From Parasphingorhabdus sp. DH2-15 (GTDB lineage: Bacteria > Pseudomonadota > Alphaproteobacteria > Sphingomonadales > Sphingomonadaceae), in assembly GCF_051668705.1 (NCBI RefSeq), contig NZ_CP196351.1, positions 1,945,900 through 1,977,899 on the forward strand: DNA of 32,000 bases, written 5' to 3'. A model generated the notes under the pieces. It worked only from the letters and a program-made list of their open reading frames with translations, was not told the origin of the DNA and searched no databases. The translations under genes were made by a program, and so were the position numbers. Positions 25,245-32,000 of this stretch are shown in pieces (positions within the stretch are counted from its first letter, which is position 1; the number at the start of each line of letters is the position of its first letter).

Positions 25245-27902
25245 TCAATTGCTTGCGACTAAGGTCTGGCGAACAGCATCAAGCGCAGCATCCGCTTTAT
25301 CACCATCAGGGCCGCCACCTTGCGCCATATCGGGTCGGCCGCCGCCGCCCTTACCGCCCATAACCTCTACACCAGCGCGGACCAACGCCACTGCGTCAAC
25401 TGTGCCGGTAAGATCCTGCGTAACGCCAACGGCCAGCGCAGCGCGGCCATCATTAACTGCGACAATAGCCGCTACGCCGCTGCCCATTTCCTGTTTGGCT
25501 TCATCAAGCAGGCCGCGCAGATCTTTCGGGTTCAGGCCAGAAATCACCCGCCCACGATAACGCACATTGCCGATGGTCTCATCCTCTGCAGGCTGCGCAG
25601 CACCGCCACCGTCACCCGCCAATGCCAGCGCTTTTTTCGCGGTCGCCAATTCTTCGGTGAGTTGCTTGCGCTCTTCCACCAAGGCCGCAACACGCGCAAC
25701 CGCCTCATCAGGCCCAGTGCGCAAAGTGGACGCGACCGTTTGCAGACCGGTCTCACGGTCCACGAGATATTGCCGCGCAGCTTCGCCAGTAAGCGCTTCG
25801 ATACGGCGTACACCGCCAGAAACCGCGCTTTCCGATATAATATGGAACAGACCAATATCACCCAATGCGCGAACATGGGTGCCGCCGCACAATTCTACCG
25901 AATAATCCGCATCGTCATCCAGACCCATGCTAAGAACCCGCACTTCATCGCCATATTTCTCACCGAATAAAGCCAAAGCGCCCGCTTCAACCGCATCATC
26001 GGGCGACATTAAACGGGTGGTGACATCTGCATTGCCACGCAGCTGGACATTCACCTCGGCCTGCACTGCGTCTATTTCATCAGCGGTCATTGCCTGCGGG
26101 TGTGAGAAGTCAAAGCGCAGCTTATCCTGCGCAACGAGGCTGCCCTTTTGCGTTACGTGCGCGCCCAAATGATTGCGCAGCGCGGCGTGCAGCAAATGGG
26201 TTGCGCTATGGTTGGCACGCAGTTCATCCCTGCGCAGAACATCGACCGTTAGAGAGACGGTATCATTGACCGCAATCGCGCCAGCCTCAACGGTAAGCTG
26301 ATGGGCATGCAAACGGCCAAGCGGTTTTGCCACATCGTCAACCTTGGCAGCAAAACCATTATCGGCTGTTACGACCCCGCGATCACCTTCTTGACCACCG
26401 GATTCAGCATAAAATGGCGTTTGATTGACGATCATGACGCCGGTTTCACCTTTGGACAGTTTCTCAACGCGCTGCCCGTCTCTGACCAAGGCAACAACCT
26501 GTCCATCACCTTTTAATCCGGTATATCCGGTAAATTCGGTGCTGCCATGTTCATCGGCAATATCGAACCAAATATCTTCTGAAGCGGTTTCACCCGACCC
26601 CTTCCAAGCCGCGCGTGCGGCTGCTTTTTGCTGCGCCATCGCGGCATCAAACCCAGCTTTATCTACCGATATGCCGTCAGCACGCAAAGCGTCTTCGGTC
26701 AGGTCATAAGGGAAACCATAGGTGTCATAGAGTTTGAAAGCGATGGTGCCGTCTAGCTCGTCACCTTCCTGCAAATCGCCGCTTGCTTCGCCCAAAAGTT
26801 TTAGACCCTTGTCGAGCGTCTGACGGAATTTTTCTTCTTCACGGCGCAATGTTTCGCTAATAAGCGGCTGCGCGCGGGCAAGTTCAGGGAAAGCCTGACC
26901 CATTTCACCGACCAGAACCGGCACCAATTGATGCATCAAAGGGTCAGCTGCACCCAATAAATGCGCATGGCGCATCGCGCGGCGCATGATCCGGCGCAAA
27001 ACATAGCCCCGCCCTTCATTGGCGGGCAGCACGCCATCCGCCATTAGGAAGGAGCAGGCCCGCAAATGGTCGGCAATGACGCGGTGACTGGCCAACTGTT
27101 CATCGTTCTGCGCCGCGCCAACCAGATTGGCCGATGCCGAGATAAGCTGTGTGAACGTGTCTGTATCGTAATTATTATGCACACCCTGCATAACAGCAGC
27201 GATACGCTCAAGGCCCATGCCGGTATCAATGCTGGGCTTTGGCAATGGTGTCATCTCGCCAGAGCTATCCCGCTCATATTGCATGAAGACAAGGTTCCAG
27301 ATTTCGACAAAACGATCGCCATCTTCATCCGGACTGCCCGGAGGACCACCAGCTATATGCTCACCATGATCATAAAAGATTTCACTGCACGGACCGCATG
27401 GACCTGTATCACCCATTGACCAGAAATTATCATTGGTTGCGATGCGTATGATGCGTTCCTCGGGTAATCCGGAGATTTTGCGCCACAGATCAAAGGCTTC
27501 ATCGTCTTCGTGATAGACTGTCGCTGTCAGCTTATCCGCTGGCAATTCCCAGACTTTGGTCAGCAATTCCCACGCGTGAACAATAGCCTCTTCTTTAAAA
27601 TAATCGCCGAAAGAGAAATTTCCCAGCATTTCGAAAAATGTGTGGTGCCGCGCGGTATAGCCAACATTGTCCAAATCATTATGCTTGCCGCCAGCGCGTA
27701 CACATTTTTGCGACGATGTTGCGCGCGGTGCTGGCGCTGCCTCCAACCCAGTAAAAATATTCTTGAACGGAACCATTCCTGCATTGACGAACATCAATGT
27801 CGGGTCCTGTTGAGGAATTAAGGGAGCGGACGCTATGGGCGTATGGTTCTGCCCAGCGAAAAAGTCCAAAAATGACTGACGGATATGGTTGGAGCTTGTC
27901 AT
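25245..27902 (-). CDS. alaS: alanine--tRNA ligase
   Basis: 885 aa. Motifs are [27 protein letters not shown], the editing-domain HSATHLLH and CGGTHV, and the C-terminal [16 protein letters not shown]. Confidence 0.98.
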   Translation of the reverse strand: MTSSNHIRQSFLDFFAGQNHTPIASAPLIPQQDPTLMFVNAGMVPFKNIFTGLEAAPAPRATSSQKCVRAGGKHNDLDNVGYTARHHTFFEMLGNFSFGDYFKEEAIVHAWELLTKVWELPADKLTATVYHEDDEAFDLWRKISGLPEERIIRIATNDNFWSMGDTGPCGPCSEIFYDHGEHIAGGPPGSPDEDGDRFVEIWNLVFMQYERDSSGEMTPLPKPSIDTGMGLERIAAVMQGVHNNYDTDTFTQLISASANLVGAAQNDEQLASHRVIADHLRACSFLMADGVLPANEGRGYVLRRIMRRAMRHAHLLGAADPLMHQLVPVLVGEMGQAFPELARAQPLISETLRREEEKFRQTLDKGLKLLGEASGDLQEGDELDGTIAFKLYDTYGFPYDLTEDALRADGISVDKAGFDAAMAQQKAAARAAWKGSGETASEDIWFDIADEHGSTEFTGYTGLKGDGQVVALVRDGQRVEKLSKGETGVMIVNQTPFYAESGGQEGDRGVVTADNGFAAKVDDVAKPLGRLHAHQLTVEAGAIAVNDTVSLTVDVLRRDELRANHSATHLLHAALRNHLGAHVTQKGSLVAQDKLRFDFSHPQAMTADEIDAVQAEVNVQLRGNADVTTRLMSPDDAVEAGALALFGEKYGDEVRVLSMGLDDDADYSVELCGGTHVRALGDIGLFHIISESAVSGGVRRIEALTGEAARQYLVDRETGLQTVASTLRTGPDEAVARVAALVEERKQLTEELATAKKALALAGDGGGAAQPAEDETIGNVRYRGRVISGLNPKDLRGLLDEAKQEMGSGVAAIVAVNDGRAALAVGVTQDLTGTVDAVALVRAGVEVMGGKGGGGRPDMAQGGGPDGDKADAALDAVRQTLVASN

Positions 27903-27974
27903 GCCAGTGATTTAGGCGAGCGATAATTTGCTGACAAGTGGAAGATGCACGAAATCAGCAATGCCGGGCAAAAT

Positions 27975-28008
27975 AAAAGGGCCGACCGTCAATATGATCA
28001 GCCCTTTT
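27975..28008 (-). terminator. putative intrinsic terminator after the 28053..28802 gene
   Basis: AAAAGGGC (27975-27982) pairs with GCCCTTTT (28001-28008). On the minus strand the stem is followed by ATTTTG. The loop is long at 18 nt. A second small hairpin, CCCGA/TCGGG, lies at about 28020-28040. Confidence 0.45.
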
Positions 28009-28052
28009 TATACATTACACCCGAATATTGTTACTCGGGCAAAATCATAATT

Positions 28053-28802
28053 CTAATCAAGACGCTTTTGATAGCATTTGTTCATAGCTTTTTCGCGCTT
28101 GCTGGTTTTTTCAATCTTTCCAGCTTCAATTTTGCACTGGCCAAGCGGTGTTGATTCCAATGCGGCTTGCATTGCGGCTGCTGAATCAAAATCAGGTGAC
28201 ACATTGCCGTCCGCAGTGAATTCAACCGGTTGAACCACTTCAGCGGTCAACTCTCGTCCCATGGGCAGACGTGCACGCTTACCAGTAATGAAACCTGCAA
28301 AAACACCAATAGCCAGAACGCCAACACCTGTTGCTACGGTATTGCCCTCGCCTTCTTGGCGGTATGTGCCGCCAATTGGCATTTTCCAGCTATCATAATC
28401 AATCGAATGCATTGCGAATTCGATTTTGCCAGATTTGCCAAATGCGCCCTTGCCTGTGCGCCACGTAATTTCAGCAGTCGCCGGTGTACCCTTAGGAATA
28501 ACCACAACATTGTTGACGCTTACGTCTTCGGCCACGGTCAAGGCAAATGTATCGCCTGAACGATGCGAACTGCTGTTGACTTCGCTGGCGACAATCAACT
28601 TAACCGGTGTACCTTTTTTCAGAACAAGCATTTCAGCTGGTTGAGGTGCTGGCGGTGCGGCTACTGGAACTGCCGGTGCAAGTGGTGGTGCAGGAACAGC
28701 CACCACAGCTTGCTCACTAGTATCCCCATCAACCTGCGCATATAATGGCGCTGCGCACAGCAGAGCCATGGCCGTACCGGCCATAATTGTACTTCTCATC
28801 AT
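28053..28802 (-). CDS. hypothetical secreted or membrane-anchored protein (Pro/Ala linker, beta-rich domain, glycine-zipper segment)
   Basis: ORF trimmed to ATG 28802, with AGGGGGAAT upstream. It has the signal peptide MMRSTIMAGTAMALLCAAPLYAQ and the linker VPAPPLAPAVPVAAPPAPQP. It also has the glycine-zipper-like segment VATGVGVLAIGVFAGFITG and two Cys in the Lys-rich C-terminus. Confidence 0.6.
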   Translation of the reverse strand: MMRSTIMAGTAMALLCAAPLYAQVDGDTSEQAVVAVPAPPLAPAVPVAAPPAPQPAEMLVLKKGTPVKLIVASEVNSSSHRSGDTFALTVAEDVSVNNVVVIPKGTPATAEITWRTGKGAFGKSGKIEFAMHSIDYDSWKMPIGGTYRQEGEGNTVATGVGVLAIGVFAGFITGKRARLPMGRELTAEVVQPVEFTADGNVSPDFDSAAAMQAALESTPLGQCKIEAGKIEKTSKREKAMNKCYQKRLD

Positions 28803-28978
28803 ATTCCCCCTTAAAACTCCTCCAAATATGGCAAAAATTACTGCCAAGAGGTGATTTTGATACCAATTTCCAATATTGGCAAGCAAATTATCTTACAATC
28901 GCAGTAAAATAACTCCGCAATATGAAAGAATGATGGAATATAAGAAAGGCTGATAAGTCAATTAATTAGAGGACTAAA

Positions 28979-30043
28979 TCAATCGGGATCTGGCCCCGTC
29001 ATCATTTCCTCTGCAACCTTATCTTCTTCGCCGCGAATGGCATTTTCAAGTTTGGCCATCATTTCCGGATTTTCTTTCAAGAAGGTTTTGGAATTCTCAC
29101 GACCCTGACCAATGCGCACGGAATCATATGAGAACCAGCTGCCCGATTTCTCAACAATACCTGCCTTGACGCCCAGGTCGAGAATTTCACCGACTTTGGA
29201 AATACCCTCGCCATACATGATATCAAATTCGACTTGCTTGAATGGCGGCGCAACTTTGTTTTTCACGACTTTCACACGTGTCGCATTGCCGATAATATCA
29301 TCACGGTCTTTAATCTGGCCAGTCCGGCGAATATCCAGACGCACCGATGCATAGAATTTCAATGCATTGCCGCCAGTGGTTGTCTCAGGGTTGCCGTACA
29401 TCACGCCAATTTTCATGCGCAGCTGGTTGATGAACACAACCATACAACGCGATTTGGATATGGATCCGGTCAATTTACGCAGCGACTGGCTCATTAGACG
29501 TGCCTGAAGGCCGACATGGCTATCGCCCATCTCACCCTCAATTTCTGCGCGTGGCACCAAGGCAGCAACAGAGTCGATAACCAATATATCAACCGCATTT
29601 GACCGTACCAATGTATCAGCAATTTCCAGTGCCTGCTCACCTGTATCCGGCTGTGAGACAATCAGATCATCAATATTGACGCCCAGTTTTTTGGCATAAG
29701 CCGGATCAAGCGCATGCTCCGCATCAACAAATGCAGCTGTGCCGCCACCTTTTTGTGCCTCAGCAACAGTGTGGAGCGCCAATGTGGTTTTGCCAGAGCT
29801 TTCAGGGCCATAAATTTCAATGATGCGGCCACGCGGCAAACCGCCAATGCCCAAAGCAATATCCAGCCCCAAAGAGCCAGTTGAAATAGCCTCAATATTC
29901 ATTGCCTCTTTTGAACCCAGCTTCATTGCCGAGCCTTTACCAAAAGCGCGATCAATTTGTGCTAATGCTGCATCCAGTGCTTTTTGCCGATCCATAGTTT
30001 TCGCCTGTTTTTCCGCTTCCACGAGTTTTAACTGTCCGGCCAT
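28979..30043 (-). CDS. recA: recombinase RecA
   Basis: Walker [14 protein letters not shown], then [31 protein letters not shown] and LIFINQ-like [40 protein letters not shown] set the start at ATG 30043 (MAGQLKLVE...), with GGAAGGA upstream. Confidence 0.98.
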   Translation of the reverse strand: MAGQLKLVEAEKQAKTMDRQKALDAALAQIDRAFGKGSAMKLGSKEAMNIEAISTGSLGLDIALGIGGLPRGRIIEIYGPESSGKTTLALHTVAEAQKGGGTAAFVDAEHALDPAYAKKLGVNIDDLIVSQPDTGEQALEIADTLVRSNAVDILVIDSVAALVPRAEIEGEMGDSHVGLQARLMSQSLRKLTGSISKSRCMVVFINQLRMKIGVMYGNPETTTGGNALKFYASVRLDIRRTGQIKDRDDIIGNATRVKVVKNKVAPPFKQVEFDIMYGEGISKVGEILDLGVKAGIVEKSGSWFSYDSVRIGQGRENSKTFLKENPEMMAKLENAIRGEEDKVAEEMMTGPDPD

Positions 30044-30116
30044 ATGCCTGTTCCTTCCACCTAGATGCCAATTGCGAATCAATCAATGATCAATTCGTAC
30101 ACCATTTGTTCTTATA

Positions 30117-30131
30117 GAACAAGTGTGGAAC
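30117..30131 (-). promoter_or_regulatory. alpha-proteobacterial LexA (SOS) box, GAAC-N7-GAAC on the plus strand (GTTC-N7-GTTC relative to recA)
   Basis: GAAC (30117-30120), aagtgtg, then GAAC (30128-30131), lying 74-88 nt upstream of the recA ATG. A third, inverted hexamer TTGTTC sits at 30106-30111 with the same 11-bp phasing. Confidence 0.6.
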
Positions 30132-30143
30132 AAATTATTTGAA

Positions 30144-30497
30144 TCAGGACGATATAAGTGCGCCCACAGCATCTTCCAAAGCACTGTGCGTAAAAGGTTT
30201 TGCCAATATGCTCACCGCGCTCACCCCTTTAGGAAAATCAACATCGGCGTTCCCGCTGCTGACCATAAAGGGGATGTTTGCCTCTTGCAGAGCGTGCGCA
30301 ACTGGCCAACTGGTTTGCTGGCCCAGATGAATATCCAAAATGGCAGCATCAACATGATGTTCGGCCAAAGCAGATAAGGCTGTATCCACAGAATGGCATA
30401 TGGCAGCAACGCCATGGCCCATATCCTCAAGGCTGTCTTCGACCAGCATGGCGATCATTGGCTCATCTTCAACAATCAGGAATTTTTTCGCCGCCAT
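30144..30497 (-). CDS. single-domain response regulator (REC only)
   Basis: 117 aa. It has the acidic pocket LIVEDE, the phospho-acceptor context AAILDIHL, and KPF near the C-terminus. It has no output domain. Its start overlaps the kinase stop (TAATG at 30495-30499). Confidence 0.88.
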   Translation of the reverse strand: MAAKKFLIVEDEPMIAMLVEDSLEDMGHGVAAICHSVDTALSALAEHHVDAAILDIHLGQQTSWPVAHALQEANIPFMVSSGNADVDFPKGVSAVSILAKPFTHSALEDAVGALISS

Positions 30498-32000
30498 TAT
30501 GAAGTTCCATTCTGAGAATATTGCGCCAAAGCGCGGCCAGTCATTTCACATATCTGCGCGACAGAAAACGGTTTTGGCAAAAAGAACATTCGATCGACAT
30601 CAATGGATTGCCGCAATTGCTCTTCCGCATAGCCGGACATGAACAGGATCGGCACCTCACTGTTCAATCCGCGAATTTCCTTTGCCATGGCGGGGCCATC
30701 CATAACCGGCATGACCACATCGCTAATGACCAGATCAATACCACCCGATAGGCCGTTATGCGCATTAAATTGCTCCAGCCCGTCTTCGCCATCGCTGGCG
30801 GTAATGATAGTATAGCCTTGGCGTGACAAAGCGCGTTCAGCAACGGCGCGCACCATATCTTCATCCTCGACCAGCAAGATCGTACCACTGCCCCAATCAT
30901 TCTGTGCTGGCGGATCATCTTTGATCGTTGCCGGTTCGCTGCTGCTATCAATAGGGCCGTCAAATACCGGGAAATAGATAGTGAAGGATGTACCAGCGCC
31001 CGGCTCAGAATCGACAAAGACATAGCCGCCGGATTGTTTGATAATGCCGTAAACCGTTGAAAGACCAAGGCCAGTGCCTTTGCCAACATCTTTGGTGGTG
31101 AAGAACGGTTCAAAAATCTTGGCTTGCAATTCGGGCGGAATACCGGTCCCAGTGTCTCGCACGATAATCGCAGAATAGTCCGCAATCGGCAGAATATCGC
31201 GATTGGATTGCCGAATATCGTCGCTGCTAAAGTTTTTCGTCTCAATCGACAAAATACCATTACCGTCCATTGCATCGCGGGCATTAACCGCGAGATTGAC
31301 GATGACCTGTTCCAATTGCCCAGGGTCTGCGCGGATGGCGCCCAAATTGCGGTCATGACGCACTTCCAGCTTAACGCCCTCACCCATAAGCCGCGCAAGC
31401 AAATGCGATACTTCCGAAACAATATCCGGCAATTGAATGATTTGTGGTCGCAATGTCTGCTGGCGGGAAAAGGCGAGCAATTGACGGGTCAGGCTCGCGG
31501 CGCGACTGGAATTGTTCTTAATCTGCTGAATATCATCATAATCGCTATCACCCGGACTGTGGCGCAGCAGCATAAGGTCGCAATGGCCGATAATCGCGGT
31601 CAGCACATTGTTAAAATCATGCGCAACCCCGCCTGCAAGCTGGCCAATAGCCTGCATCTTAGTAGCCTGTGCAACCTGTCGTTTCAGCTTCGCTTCTTCG
31701 CTATTATCCCGCAAGGACAGCAGGACCGCAGCATCACCAAGACCGCGAATGCCCGACAGGCTGAGCGATACCGGATCATCCGGCAGGTCTTTCAAGCGAA
31801 TGGCAAGGTCGCCAGTCTGCGCACGCCCAACGGCGAACCGCCTGATCGTATCAGCCAGAACCGATTTATCTTCGCGCACAACCAGATCGCCCGGATAAGA
31901 AGGAATATCCTTATCTTCGCGCCCGATAACCCGTGTAAAGCTGGCATTGGCGAACAGAAAGCGGCCATCACGGTCAACCATCGCCAAACCAATGGGCAGC
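30497..32000 (-). CDS. hybrid sensor histidine kinase/response regulator (PAS-HisKA-HATPase-REC), CckA-like; the N-terminus lies beyond the window
   Basis: H-box [15 protein letters not shown]-box [11 protein letters not shown]1 [16 protein letters not shown] and G2 [11 protein letters not shown]. The C-terminal REC has [34 protein letters not shown] and FLPKPF. The frame stays open to position 32000, and the listed TTG at 31987 falls inside a PAS-like segment. Confidence 0.9.
   Translation of the reverse strand, partial: LPIGLAMVDRDGRFLFANASFTRVIGREDKDIPSYPGDLVVREDKSVLADTIRRFAVGRAQTGDLAIRLKDLPDDPVSLSLSGIRGLGDAAVLLSLRDNSEEAKLKRQVAQATKMQAIGQLAGGVAHDFNNVLTAIIGHCDLMLLRHSPGDSDYDDIQQIKNNSSRAASLTRQLLAFSRQQTLRPQIIQLPDIVSEVSHLLARLMGEGVKLEVRHDRNLGAIRADPGQLEQVIVNLAVNARDAMDGNGILSIETKNFSSDDIRQSNRDILPIADYSAIIVRDTGTGIPPELQAKIFEPFFTTKDVGKGTGLGLSTVYGIIKQSGGYVFVDSEPGAGTSFTIYFPVFDGPIDSSSEPATIKDDPPAQNDWGSGTILLVEDEDMVRAVAERALSRQGYTIITASDGEDGLEQFNAHNGLSGGIDLVISDVVMPVMDGPAMAKEIRGLNSEVPILFMSGYAEEQLRQSIDVDRMFFLPKPFSVAQICEMTGRALAQYSQNGTS

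Noticed and set aside
27945-28154. The small plus-strand ORF (69 aa) spanning the alaS/orphan-gene intergenic region.
   Set aside because: It overlaps the terminator hairpins and the 3' end of the minus-strand gene. It has no SD, and its AT-rich-derived hydrophobic sequence is typical of spurious ORFs.

Overview
This is a densely packed chromosomal window, most likely from an alphaproteobacterium. Supporting signs are a GAAC-N7-GAAC SOS box upstream of recA, an ATP12 chaperone gene, an alpha-type SspB ending in VVTVDFGRKK, a CckA-like hybrid kinase, and the recA/alaS neighbourhood. I support about 32 protein genes. I saw no rRNA, tRNA, CRISPR array, transposase or integrase. All protein calls rest on motifs I recognise in the supplied translations, because no database search was possible.

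Layout:
- 0-9.4 kb: dinB, a Bcr-type MFS pump, a HIT protein, hisE-hisF-hisA-hisH-hisB, sspB, a K/S/P-rich orphan ORF, gmk, a DUF4197 protein and an acidic secreted protein.
- 9.5-21 kb: an accessory-looking acyl-CoA catabolic divergon. The minus-strand arm is ACAD-ACAD-SDR. The plus-strand arm is GPH transporter, ACAD10/11-type dehydrogenase, Zn-ADH, APH-fold kinase, SDR, SDR and a beta-lactamase-fold hydrolase. The two arms meet at a 229-bp control region that holds a perfect 9-bp-arm palindrome.
- 21-32 kb: a stop/start-overlapped operon crcB-rluC-paiB-HAD-miniTM-ATP12, then alaS, an orphan secreted protein, recA, a single-domain response regulator and a hybrid histidine kinase that runs off the window.

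The best lead is a split kinase plus ACAD module of the ACAD10/ACAD11 (LvaA/LvaC) type. It sits in an unusual redox/hydrolase context with no CoA ligase and no regulator nearby. Other leads are a possible heteromeric ACAD pair, a REP/MITE-like palindromic repeat present twice (one copy inside the operon), and three phased GAACAA/TTGTTC hexamers at recA. I did not find a clear defence or other wholly novel system, and most of the window is housekeeping.
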